From NCBI GenBank assembly GCA_043801585.1, contig JAZDLX010000097.1, forward strand, positions 1 to 23,593: a DNA stretch of 23,593 nucleotides, written 5' to 3'. The translations under genes and the position numbers were made by a program. Positions within the stretch are counted from its first letter, which is position 1. Each line of letters begins with the position of its first letter. The DNA comes from a bacterium (GTDB lineage: Bacteria > Electryoneota > Electryoneia > Electryoneales > Electryoneaceae). A model generated the notes under the pieces. The model was not told the origin of the DNA, made no database searches, and was given only the letters and a program-made list of their open reading frames with translations. Positions 1-8,422 of the stretch are shown in pieces.

Positions 1-819
1 GACCGGACCGGAGAGAGAAAACTGGTAGTTGTTGATCGCGTTGGGATTGATGTTGTCGATGTAGTCGAACTGATTCTTGTGGTCGGAGTAATAGTCGCCG
101 AACTGGGCTCCGGCCATTCCGCTGTATCTGTCGCCGCCGTCTTTGGTGACCATATTAACAACGCCGGACATGGCCTGACCATATTCGGCGTTGAAGGTTC
201 CGGTGATCACCTGGAGTTCCTTGACGACTTCCTGGTCAATGCCCGTCGCCTGGCTGTTGTCATAGACGTCCTGCACCGGGATGCCGTCGATCATGTAGAC
301 GACTTCACCGCCGCGACCGCCGCGAAAGTGTCCATCGACCACTCCCGCCTGTATATTCACCACCTCCGAAATGGCATTCACCGGCATCACCTGCAAGTCC
401 TGATCGCCGACAGTTGCCGTGGCGAACGTGCGGTCTTTCTCAACCGCCGGGCGTTGGGCGACAACGGTTACCGCCTCCCCCTGGATCACTTCGGACTCGA
501 GCTCGACATCCACATTTGACGTTTTGTCAACGCTGACATCGATGCCTGTGATGATCTGGGCTTTGTATCCGAGAGCCGAAACGTTCAGCGTGTAGGTTCC
601 CGGGGAAAGGTTGATAATGAAGTAGTACCCGTCGAGGTCCGTCGCTGCGCCACGAGTTGTTCCATCGACAACGACGTTTACCAGAGAAAGGGGTTCTCCC
701 GTGGAAGCATCGGTAATCCGGCCGGCGATCTTGCCGGTCGTGCCGGCAAAGGCACTCAATGGAAGCGCGATCAGCAGTGCGGTTCCGATAGCTTTGCACA
801 AAGGGCGCGAAAACGTCAT
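1..819 (-). CDS. TonB-dependent receptor, N-terminal part (carboxypeptidase-regulatory-like domain plus plug); runs off the window edge
   Basis: Not in the ORF track because it has no stop in the window. Manual translation from ATG 819: MTFSRPLCKAIGTALLIALPLSAFAGTTGKIAGRITDASTGEPL...GAATDLDGYYFIINLSPGTY...HFRGGRGGEVVYMIDGIPVQD...LQVITGTFNAEYGQAMSGVVNMVTKDG. Signal peptide, GAGG upstream, and plug motifs shared with the receptor at 19061-21832. Confidence 0.92.
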   Translation of the reverse strand, partial: MTFSRPLCKAIGTALLIALPLSAFAGTTGKIAGRITDASTGEPLSLVNVVVDGTTRGAATDLDGYYFIINLSPGTYTLNVSALGYKAQIITGIDVSVDKTSNVDVELESEVIQGEAVTVVAQRPAVEKDRTFATATVGDQDLQVMPVNAISEVVNIQAGVVDGHFRGGRGGEVVYMIDGIPVQDVYDNSQATGIDQEVVKELQVITGTFNAEYGQAMSGVVNMVTKDGGDRYSGMAGAQFGDYYSDHKNQFDYIDNINPNAINNYQFSLSGPV

Positions 820-1115
820 ATCTCTTACCTCAGCAGGGAATTGTACTCGTTGTGGCCCGATTTGTTTTATAACTATTTGGACTTCCTCTCGGGCGAGGTC
901 CGCCTGAAGGCACCGTCGTGTAATGTTTCTCCTCCTGTCGGCGGTCAAACAATTTAGGAGGGTTCACAGAAACCGGACTAATATAAAACGAAATCAAAAT
1001 GTGAATACAGCCTCTCCTCGAGTTTGTGATTAAAAAGAGAAATCGAACACGAAAAATGCCTCCGGAGAAACCCGAAAGCATCACCAAACTTAAGATTATC
1101 AGATATCTACGACCA

Positions 1116-1838
1116 TTACCAGAGTCCGGGAATCCATCTCCATCGAACAAGTTTTGCGTATTCTCGATAACCATCCAGTTCTTCATGCAGCATCTGGTCC
1201 TCTTTGGCTGTCCGCCACAAAAACGCCCCGAGAATCACCGTTGTCGGGAGCAGTGCCCACAGGCTTTGAAGGATCAGGGCTGATGTAACAAGATAGGGTG
1301 CGGCAAAGGCATAGCCCGGGTGACGGACAAAGCGGTACGGCCCTGTATCGACCACTCGATGATCCCTCTCTTTCTGGATCCTGACTGTGGTTTCGAAATG
1401 GCGATTGACCATCATCGGCCAGATTCCGATGAGGTTGAAAACATTTGAAACGATGAATGCCGTCCACATGCAGGTGAGGGAAACATGGGACCATCCATAA
1501 CGAACGTCCAGTCCGGCAACCAGCAGCATCACCACCGTTGAAATACGCCAGATAACAAAGAAACGGAATTCAAACGGTTTTGTGCCTTCCCGGAAAGGCC
1601 GCCCCCGCTGATTCACCAGATCTGGATTCGTAGCGATCAGGAGAAGCATGTAGACTGGAATGTAAATGACATAGGTGAGGATGAAGAGCCATGCACCTGG
1701 ATAATCCCTGGGGCCCGCGGCAGGAAGGAGAACGGCGAGGATGAGAGTCAGAAACAGAGCGGGTTTCCATAGGGTCGCCCAGCCGTAACGATCCACAAGA
1801 CGGCTGTTTTCCCGCAGTGTTTTCAGAATGGCTTGCAC
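1116..1838 (-). CDS. Isoprenylcysteine carboxylmethyltransferase (ICMT/PEMT) family membrane methyltransferase
   Basis: Several hydrophobic helices and the C-terminal motifs HRVVDTGPYRFVRHPGY, RTAKEDQML and GYREYAKLVRWRWIPGLW. Start moved from 2060 (inside tetR) to GTG 1838, which follows GGGGAGG. Confidence 0.85.
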   Translation of the reverse strand: MQAILKTLRENSRLVDRYGWATLWKPALFLTLILAVLLPAAGPRDYPGAWLFILTYVIYIPVYMLLLIATNPDLVNQRGRPFREGTKPFEFRFFVIWRISTVVMLLVAGLDVRYGWSHVSLTCMWTAFIVSNVFNLIGIWPMMVNRHFETTVRIQKERDHRVVDTGPYRFVRHPGYAFAAPYLVTSALILQSLWALLPTTVILGAFLWRTAKEDQMLHEELDGYREYAKLVRWRWIPGLW

Positions 1839-1869
1839 GGCAACCTCCCCCAGATCAAAGAGTGGGATC

Positions 1870-2577
1870 TCAAGATTCCGGTCTTCGATATCCCGAGCCT
1901 GCTCGTACGATCTCCTCAATGATCCGTTTTCCCGGCAGTTGTATTGAATCCCTGGGTGCTCCAGCGAGGCGCTCGAGACCGCGGCAGTAACGGGTGTACC
2001 GGAGTACCATCCGTTCGATCGTGGTCTCCGGGGTCCGCCCGGCCAACAGTTCAGCAGCATTCAATTCACCCATCTGGAAGCCGAGCTGCAGCATCATCTC
2101 TGCCGATCCTTCCGGATCGTCCGTATCGAACACCCCTTCGTGCTGCCCCTGTTCGAGAATTGCCGCCAATAGGGGTGCTGCCATCTCTTGATTTTTCGAG
2201 TACATGCCGTGGCGAAGCCGCAGGTTTTCCGATGAAAACATCCGGGCGAGCACATTCCTGACGAGATGTGCGTTACGGATTCGCCATTGCGCAGCCACGG
2301 CTAACAGGCGGTTCAGCTTGTCGATGGCGTTCAACGCAGAGTTGGAGACAAGCGCCTCAAGGGTGGGAAGGTTGTGCTCGACAGTCCGGTTCAGTACGGC
2401 CTCGAGAAGTTCTTCTTTTGACTTGAAATAGTGGTAGAACGTTCCTTTGGCGATGTTTGCCCGGTCAACGATTTCCTGCACACTCGCCTCTTCGTACCCC
2501 ACTTCCGTGAACAACTCCCAGGCAAGATCCAGCAGCTCATCCCGGCGGACGTTGTGTTCTTTACGGATACGTGGCAC
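1870..2577 (-). CDS. TetR/AcrR family transcriptional regulator
   Basis: N-terminal HTH RRDELLDLAWELFTEVGYEEASVQEIVDRANIAKGTFYHYFKSKEELL. Probable start GTG 2577 (MPRIRKE) after GGAG; the ORF track start at 2589 is the alternative. Confidence 0.93.
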   Translation of the reverse strand: MPRIRKEHNVRRDELLDLAWELFTEVGYEEASVQEIVDRANIAKGTFYHYFKSKEELLEAVLNRTVEHNLPTLEALVSNSALNAIDKLNRLLAVAAQWRIRNAHLVRNVLARMFSSENLRLRHGMYSKNQEMAAPLLAAILEQGQHEGVFDTDDPEGSAEMMLQLGFQMGELNAAELLAGRTPETTIERMVLRYTRYCRGLERLAGAPRDSIQLPGKRIIEEIVRAGSGYRRPES

Positions 2578-2640
2578 GTTGATCTCCAAAGTGGGTCACG
2601 GGCGGCTGCGTGTAGAATCCGCCTCCGTTTGCGATTTGTT

Positions 2641-2657
2641 ACCAACCGACGGTTGGT
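2641..2657. promoter_or_regulatory. Putative TetR operator (ACCAACCG-A-CGGTTGGT)
   Basis: Perfect 8-1-8 inverted repeat about 65 bp upstream of the tetR start, just downstream of a candidate -10 box. Confidence 0.65.
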
Positions 2658-2664
2658 CAGTAGA

Positions 2665-2694
2665 AAGATACGCCGTCAACACCCGCCACTGCAA
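2665..2694 (-). promoter_or_regulatory. Candidate sigma-70 promoter of tetR
   Basis: Minus strand TTGCAG-N18-TATCTT, followed 7 bp later by the palindrome. Confidence 0.4.
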
Positions 2695-2737
2695 TACCTG
2701 TCACTCCCGCGAGGGCGAAAAGGTGTCCTGAGGATCG

Positions 2738-2957
2738 CCCGATCAATCGGCTGACTGATCGGGTCTCACTTTGTTCGTCGCATAGGGATGTGGACTGGGT
2801 GGCGTTGTGCCCCTGTTTGCTTGCAACCGAAGCGGAGGGTGGCCCGACTTCGCCAGAAGTCGGGTCTCATTATGTTTAGGTTCAACAAGGGTCGCGGGGT
2901 GGCCCGACCCTTCAGGGTCGGGTATCCGAGTGTAACTCGGCTGCCCCGTCAGCCGGG
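2738..2957. repeat. Cluster of four REP-like GC-rich hairpins
   Basis: CCCGATCA/TGATCGGG (2738-2763); GTGG-CCCGACTTC-gcca-GAAGTCGGG (2839-2864); GTGG-CCCGACCC-ttca-GGGTCGGG (2899-2922); GTAA-CTCGGCTG-ccccgt-CAGCCGGG (2932-2957). Confidence 0.7.
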
Positions 2958-3003
2958 TTTCATTTGTTTTATTGTTCAGGGAAGTCAGGCAACACTTTGT
3001 GAA

Positions 3004-4083
3004 TCATGCCACCTCGGAAGTAACAGGGGCTTCAACCCTATTCGCAGGGACGGGAAACAGAAATCGACGTACAGCTTCCAGGTGAACCCGTGCGCCCACC
3101 TTCAGGTCGATCAGCATCGTGCTCCGCCGTGACATCTGCGCCGACACTTCTTTCCCGTCCGGCATCCTCACCAACAGCTTGACGATGTCCCCGAACGTGG
3201 AGAGGTTCGTCAGTACGCAGGGACTTGTCTCCTCGCCCCAGATCTTCATGTCGAACGACCGGACCCCTACCTTCACACGCGATCCCCACTCGACGCCGTT
3301 GGTTTTGATCCTCATCCCCGGCAGGACAATCTCACCCCGTTCGACATCGCCCTCGAAAAGGTTTGAGTGGCCAAGAAAATCGAAGACGAAGGGGGTGCCA
3401 GGCTTGTCCCAGAGTTCAACAGGGGTCCCCACCTGTTCGATTCGGCCGGAATTCATGATCACGATCCGGTCGGCCAGGTCCATCGCTTCCTCCTGGTCGT
3501 GGGTGACAATGATCGTGGTGATTCCCAGCTCCCGTTGCAGCCCGCGCAGCCATATCCGCAACTCCTCACGGACCCGCGCGTCGAGCGCTCCGAATGGTTC
3601 ATCGAGCAGCAGCACGCGCGGCTCAACCGCAAGGGCACGGGCGAGGGCGACACGTTGCCGTTGGCCTCCCGAGAGCTGATCCGGCATCCGCTTGGCGAAC
3701 GCTTCAAGGTGAACGAGTTCGAGCAATTCCGTCACCCGGCGATGAATCTCCGCGCTGTCGGGCCGCGTCTTTTTCGGACGGACGCGCAGCCCGAACGCCA
3801 CATTCTCATAAACGTTCATGTGGCGGAAGACGGCGTAGTGCTGAAACACGAATCCTACCTGCCGCTTGCGCACGTGGCGGTCCGTGGTGTCCGTATCGTG
3901 CATGAACACCCGGCCTTCCGTGGGTGTCTCCAGCCCGGCGATGATCCGCAGCAGCGTCGTCTTGCCGGAGCCCGAGGGTCCGAGCAGCGCCAGCAACTCG
4001 CCGTCGCGGACGTCGAGGTCGATGCTGTCCAGGGCGTGGAATCCGCTCCAGACTTTGGAGACGTTTGTTACACGGATGCTCAT
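3004..4083 (-). CDS. cysA: Sulfate/thiosulfate ABC transporter ATP-binding protein
   Basis: Walker A GPSGSGKT, signature LSGGQRQRVALARAL, Walker B LLLDEPFGALD, VTHDQEEA and GFVFQHYA; operon context. Confidence 0.95.
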   Translation of the reverse strand: MSIRVTNVSKVWSGFHALDSIDLDVRDGELLALLGPSGSGKTTLLRIIAGLETPTEGRVFMHDTDTTDRHVRKRQVGFVFQHYAVFRHMNVYENVAFGLRVRPKKTRPDSAEIHRRVTELLELVHLEAFAKRMPDQLSGGQRQRVALARALAVEPRVLLLDEPFGALDARVREELRIWLRGLQRELGITTIIVTHDQEEAMDLADRIVIMNSGRIEQVGTPVELWDKPGTPFVFDFLGHSNLFEGDVERGEIVLPGMRIKTNGVEWGSRVKVGVRSFDMKIWGEETSPCVLTNLSTFGDIVKLLVRMPDGKEVSAQMSRRSTMLIDLKVGARVHLEAVRRFLFPVPANRVEAPVTSEVA

Positions 4084-4979
4084 CGGGTGTGCTCCTTTTT
4101 ATCCGGCGGGGAGGCGGTCTCCATTCTTCGTACGATCCCTTCCTTGAGCACCAGGGTGATCACCGCGAACAGGGTCAGCAGCGAGGCCACCGCGAACGCC
4201 GCGGCGGTCTGGTACTCGTTGAACAGCACCTCGATGTGCAACGGGATGGTGTTCGTTCGCCCGCGAATGTGTCCGGAAACGACCGACACCGCGCCGAACT
4301 CGCCGATCGCACGGGCGGTGCAGAGGATGATGCCATAGGCGAGTCCCCAGCGAACACTCGGCAGAGTGACGCGGCGGATCAGTTTCCACCCCCAGGCTCC
4401 GAGGCTGACACCGGCGAGCTCCTCCTCCGGTCCGGCGGCCTCCATCACCGGGATCAGTTCGCGGGCGACGAAGGGGAGGGTGACGAATACCGTGGCGAGC
4501 ACGATCCCCGGCACCGCGAAGACGACGCGGATTCCGTGCTCGAGCAGCCACGCTCCGAAAAGCGACTGAGACCCGAAGATGAGGACGAACATCAACCCGG
4601 TAACGACCGGCGAGATGGTGAACGGCAGATCGATCAGCGACAGCAGCACCGTTCGGCCGGGCGGGTTGTGCCGTGTGATCAACCAGGCGGCGGAGACACC
4701 GAACACGACGTTGATCGGCACCGAGATGAACACGGCGATCAATGTCAGTTTCAGCGCAGCCAGCGTGTGTGGGTGAGTCACCGCCGACCAGTAGGTACCC
4801 AGCCCCGCGCGAAATGCCGTGACGAAGACGATTGCCAGTGGCAGGATCAGCAGCACGAACATCACCGCTACGGTGAGGCCGATCAGGCAGATCCGCAGCC
4901 AGTCGATGTGTTCGATCCGCGAGACCGTTCCCTTCACCAGACGGGAGGTGTATCCTGCAACCAGCGCGTGGGCGGTCAT
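4080..4979 (-). CDS. cysW: Sulfate ABC transporter permease CysW
   Basis: DLPFTISPVVTG, LATVFVTLPFVARELIP, ARAIGEFGAVSVVSGHIRGRTNTIPLHIE. Start is ATG 4979 (overlaps the cysT stop, GGAGG upstream), not the 5900 extension in the ORF track. Confidence 0.95.
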   Translation of the reverse strand: MTAHALVAGYTSRLVKGTVSRIEHIDWLRICLIGLTVAVMFVLLILPLAIVFVTAFRAGLGTYWSAVTHPHTLAALKLTLIAVFISVPINVVFGVSAAWLITRHNPPGRTVLLSLIDLPFTISPVVTGLMFVLIFGSQSLFGAWLLEHGIRVVFAVPGIVLATVFVTLPFVARELIPVMEAAGPEEELAGVSLGAWGWKLIRRVTLPSVRWGLAYGIILCTARAIGEFGAVSVVSGHIRGRTNTIPLHIEVLFNEYQTAAAFAVASLLTLFAVITLVLKEGIVRRMETASPPDKKEHTR

Positions 4980-5806
4980 TTCGCCTCCCTGCGCGAAATT
5001 GTCAGACGCTGGAGGGCGTTCAACCCGAGCAGCAGGGTAAAGGATCCGGCGAGCATCACCAGCGCGATCGCGGTCGCCCCTTGATAGTCGAATTCCTCCA
5101 ACTGAGCGACAATCAGCAGCGAGGTTACCTCCGTTTTGAACGGCATGTTCCCGGCGATGAAAATCACCGAACCGTACTCCCCCAACCCGCGAGCCAGGGA
5201 GAGCGAAAATCCGGTGAGGATCGCGGGGAGCAACGTCGGCAGGGTGATCTTGCGGAACGTCGTCAACGGCCCTGCCCCCAGGCTGGCCGCCGCCTCTTCC
5301 AACGCCCGGTCGAAATCCTCGAGCACCGGCTGAACGGCCCGGACGACAAAGGGTATCCCGACGAACAGCATCGCCATCATGATGCCCGACGGAGTGAACG
5401 CCACCTTCAGCCCCAGTCCGCCCAACAAACTCCCCAGCCAGCCGTGGGGGGCGTAGAGGGTTGTCAGCGAGATCCCGGCGACCGCCGTTGGAAGCGCGAA
5501 GGGGAGATCGACAATGCCGTCGAGCAGCCGCCGACCGGGAAAGGAGTACCGGATCAAGGTCCACGCGAGCAGCACCCCGATGAGGCTGTTGAGGATGCCT
5601 GCGACCAGCGCGGCGGTGAAAGTGAGACGGTAGGTTGCCAATGCCCGTGGTGAGAGTGCGGCGTTTGAGAAAGACTCCCAGTTCATCCCCATCCCGCGGG
5701 CGACGAGGGTCGCCAGTGGGATGATGACAAACAGCGACAGGGCCGTCACCGTGACGCCAAGCGACAGGCCAAACCCCGGAAGCACTCTCAGCGGACGGGA
5801 TTTCAC
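4976..5806 (-). CDS. cysT: Sulfate ABC transporter permease CysT (CysU)
   Basis: VLPGFGLSLG, RYSFPGRRLLDGIVDLPFALPTAVAGISL, EEAAASLGA, ARGLGEYGSVIFIAGNMP. Confidence 0.95.
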   Translation of the reverse strand: MKSRPLRVLPGFGLSLGVTVTALSLFVIIPLATLVARGMGMNWESFSNAALSPRALATYRLTFTAALVAGILNSLIGVLLAWTLIRYSFPGRRLLDGIVDLPFALPTAVAGISLTTLYAPHGWLGSLLGGLGLKVAFTPSGIMMAMLFVGIPFVVRAVQPVLEDFDRALEEAAASLGAGPLTTFRKITLPTLLPAILTGFSLSLARGLGEYGSVIFIAGNMPFKTEVTSLLIVAQLEEFDYQGATAIALVMLAGSFTLLLGLNALQRLTISRREAK

Positions 5807-6855
5807 CGTTTCCTCCCCTGCACCACGGCCATGATCGAATCGAAGAACCCGTTATCGTTGAAATGCTCCACCTGCGCCTTCGTCCACCCTCCGAATTCAT
5901 TGATGGTGATCAGTTTCAGCTCTGGAAATTTTTTGCTGAAGAGCGCGAAGGCTTCGGGGCTGCGTGGACGGTAATGGTGTCTGCCCGCGAGTTTCTGGGC
6001 ATCGGCGGAGTAGAGGTATTTCAGGTATTCGTCGGCGATTTCGCGGACGCCGTGACGGTCGGCGTTGGCGTCGATCAGGGCGACCGGCGGCTCGGCGAGG
6101 ATGCTCACGGAGGGCACCACGAGTTCATACTTGTCCTCGCCGACATCCTGCACGAGCAGGAACGCCTCGTTCTCCCAATTGATCAGCACATCGCCGATGC
6201 CGGTTTGGGTGAAGGTGTTGCTCGCTCCCCGTGCGCCGCTGTCAAGGACCGGCACGTTCTTGTAGAAAGCTTCCATATAAGAAAGGATGCGTGTGGTGTC
6301 GCCGCTGTAGGCGCTGGCCGCCCAGGACCACGCCGCCAGGTAGCTCCAGCGTGCCGCGCCGGAGGTTTTTGGGTTAGGGGTGATCACCTGCACGTCATCA
6401 CGGATCAGGTCGCTCCAGTCATGGATGTTCTTCGGGTTCCCCTTGCGGACGACAAACACCATCGTCGAATAGTAGGGGCAACTGTTTTCCGGCAGACGGG
6501 ACTGCCACTGCACGGGCAGAAGGTCCGTGCGCGCGGCGATGGCGTCGATGTCCGAGGCGGTCGCCAGGGTTACCACATCCGCCTCGAGACCGTCGATCAC
6601 CGAACGCGCCTGTTTGCCGGAACCGCCGTGCGATTGCTCGATGGTGACCGTCTGACCCTTCACCTCTTTCCAGTGCTCGGCGAAGAGTTGGTTGTATTCG
6701 CGGTAGAATTCGCGGGTGGGATCGTAGGAGACGTTGAGCAGGCGCAACTCGCCCTTTCTGGACGACCCGCCGCAACCGGAGAACCCGGTTGCCATCACGA
6801 TGAACAGGGATGACAGTACCAACAGCGTTCGGAAACGTATGCAGCTGCTTTTCAT
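5803..6855 (-). CDS. sbp: Sulfate ABC transporter substrate-binding protein (Sbp/CysP family), probable lipoprotein
   Basis: LLNVSYDPTREFY, QSHGGSGKQARSVIDGLEADVVTLA, TPNPKTSGAARW, LDSGARG, WENEA. Signal peptide ends in lipobox-like FSGC. Confidence 0.93.
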   Translation of the reverse strand: MKSSCIRFRTLLVLSSLFIVMATGFSGCGGSSRKGELRLLNVSYDPTREFYREYNQLFAEHWKEVKGQTVTIEQSHGGSGKQARSVIDGLEADVVTLATASDIDAIAARTDLLPVQWQSRLPENSCPYYSTMVFVVRKGNPKNIHDWSDLIRDDVQVITPNPKTSGAARWSYLAAWSWAASAYSGDTTRILSYMEAFYKNVPVLDSGARGASNTFTQTGIGDVLINWENEAFLLVQDVGEDKYELVVPSVSILAEPPVALIDANADRHGVREIADEYLKYLYSADAQKLAGRHHYRPRSPEAFALFSKKFPELKLITINEFGGWTKAQVEHFNDNGFFDSIMAVVQGRKR

Positions 6856-6870
6856 GGCAGACCTCTCGGG

Positions 6871-8094
6871 TTAAAAGGAGTATTGAAAGGAGACCGTCAG
6901 CACTGTCTCATCGTTAAGGGTCCCGCGCCGAGCTTCCGGGAGAGTGTGCTCGAAGTCGATCAGCACGCGGCTGTTCTGGATGAAATACCAGTTCACACCC
7001 GCTCCCAACGCCACCGCACTTTTCGCCCGATCGTCAGGCGAAGCGAAACCGTTAAAGACTTTCTGACACACAGAGAAACCGTGGATGCGAGCTTTCCATT
7101 CGAGCGCCCCCCACGGCGAGTTTCCATCGATCACAACGCCCTTGAATCCCGGTTTTCCCCCGAGCACGAAGCTCCCGGCAACCTGCCACGCAGCCACGGT
7201 GATCCGGTCGTGAAACACTCCGCTGTTCAGCTCTGTGGTTGAGGCCATGTACTCGCCAAGCAGGGATGCGGTGCCGGAGGTGGCGTAGAACGAACCCTGC
7301 CAGCGGAACAGATCGCCGTCCGCGGATGTGGCTGTCGTGTTTCCTGAATAGGAGAAGAGGATGACACGTCCCGGCGATTTGAACTGGGTCAGGCCCGTGT
7401 CGTTCTTTCGCTGTCCATAAGAGACCGCACCGCTGAGCAGCAGGTTGACCTTTTCACCCATCAGGCTGCCGATCTGCGGTTTTACGCCGAGACGGAGAAA
7501 GGAATCGAAAGAGTCATCGGAATTGGTCTCCCCGGAGGCGCCGTCGGCTGTTCCATTGAAAAGGCCGATTTGGGTTTCAAGTGATTGATTAAAAAAGGTT
7601 TTGAGAAGTTGCACGCCGGTGTCACGGTTGGGGGCGACGCATTCGGTGAAGGCGCGCTCGAGAAAGAAGGTGGCCTTTGGCGATTGGAGACGTTCAAGCG
7701 CAAAGGGAACCTTCATTTTGCCGACACGAATGTTGAACCCATCAGGGAGCTTCACCTCGGCCCAGGCATCGAGAACGATGACCTTATCTCCAGCAAAATC
7801 AATCAGAGTGTAGGTGGAAACCCGGTCGGCGAGCCGAGTGGCGAAGCCGGGTCGAAAACGGCGCAAGGTGAAACCGTCGGCGACCGTCGTGTTGGACAGC
7901 TCCCCCCGGCCTGAAACCTGCAGATAGGCGGAGGGCTGGAAGGTGAAGGATTTGTCACCGGAACCCAGGATAAATCCTTTTGAACCAGCTTGCAGCGTGC
8001 CTTCCTCCGTCTCCGCCCACGACGTTGAAGCGGCGAATAGTAGGAGTAGAAGGATGGCCACTTGAAAGATGTTTTTTCGCGTTGCGGTAAACAT
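6871..8094 (-). CDS. OprO/OprP-like anion-selective outer-membrane porin
   Basis: Signal peptide MFTATRKNIFQVAILLLLLFAASTSWA, motifs FTLRRFR, GKMKVPFALERLQS, FLERA, PNRDTGVQL, LGAGVNWY and C-terminal aromatic FQYSF. Start set at ATG 8094 because the TTG at 8148 is part of the sigma-54 -12 box. Confidence 0.82.
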   Translation of the reverse strand: MFTATRKNIFQVAILLLLLFAASTSWAETEEGTLQAGSKGFILGSGDKSFTFQPSAYLQVSGRGELSNTTVADGFTLRRFRPGFATRLADRVSTYTLIDFAGDKVIVLDAWAEVKLPDGFNIRVGKMKVPFALERLQSPKATFFLERAFTECVAPNRDTGVQLLKTFFNQSLETQIGLFNGTADGASGETNSDDSFDSFLRLGVKPQIGSLMGEKVNLLLSGAVSYGQRKNDTGLTQFKSPGRVILFSYSGNTTATSADGDLFRWQGSFYATSGTASLLGEYMASTTELNSGVFHDRITVAAWQVAGSFVLGGKPGFKGVVIDGNSPWGALEWKARIHGFSVCQKVFNGFASPDDRAKSAVALGAGVNWYFIQNSRVLIDFEHTLPEARRGTLNDETVLTVSFQYSF

Positions 8095-8144
8095 GATGAA
8101 GTCCCGTGACGAAATTGTGACAACACGTTTTTCTTTGATAAATG

Positions 8145-8160
8145 GCAAGTATTGTGCCAG
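8145..8160 (-). promoter_or_regulatory. Sigma-54 (-24/-12) promoter of the porin-sbp-cysTWA operon
   Basis: Minus strand CTGGCAC-AATAC-TTGC matches the TGGCAC-N5-TTGC consensus; a sigma-54 activator gene lies divergently next to it. Confidence 0.88.
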
Positions 8161-8237
8161 CGAGGGGGGGTGGGATTTAGATTGTTGAAAATAAAGCGAG
8201 TATAGTAAACCAGCGGGAGTATTGCGCCGGGGCGTCA

Positions 8238-8296
8238 GCCGTGATATATTATGGCTATGTAGGATATCTCAAGGGCAAACAGGGAAATATCACGGC
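8238..8296. promoter_or_regulatory. Putative upstream activator sequences for the sigma-54 activator
   Basis: Perfect 10-bp inverted pair GCCGTGATAT (8238-8247) and ATATCACGGC (8287-8296), about 105-165 bp upstream of the expected transcription start. Confidence 0.5.
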
Positions 8297-8422
8297 GCCG
8301 GCCTCGGGCTCGCCGCCTAAAGTGGACGGCATAGGCCTCGTGCTCACCGTCTGGAATAAGGCACAGGCTTCGTACTCACCACTTGGAGAACGGTATGGAC
8401 CTCGTACTCACTGCCTGGAGAG
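8293..8422 (+). repeat. Four degenerate ~32-bp tandem repeats running into the activator start codon
   Basis: Units start at 8293, 8327, 8359 and 8391; the pairs aligned share 22-23 of 32 positions; core G-R-C-Y-TCG-K-R-CTC-R-C-Y. Confidence 0.8.

Noticed and set aside
820..1115. Riboswitch (cobalamin/TPP/glycine) in the leader of the left TonB-dependent receptor
   Set aside because: Only a short hairpin (GGAC-CTC...GAG...GTCC) is visible on the minus strand and no conserved aptamer core was found by eye. An Rfam/Infernal scan would be decisive.
1116..1838. MddA methanethiol S-methyltransferase, suggested by proximity to sulfate genes
   Set aside because: Only the generic ICMT-family motif is present; the QHSxMAR-type motif I associate with MddA is absent, and the gene has its own TetR unit.
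4080..5900. 606-aa extended CysW ORF
   Set aside because: The N-terminal half is an alternative-frame read-through over cysT and sbp; the true start is ATG 4979, coupled to the cysT stop.
8293..8422. CRISPR array interpretation of the 32-bp repeats
   Set aside because: Units are contiguous with no unique spacers, are degenerate, run into a CDS, and no cas genes are present.
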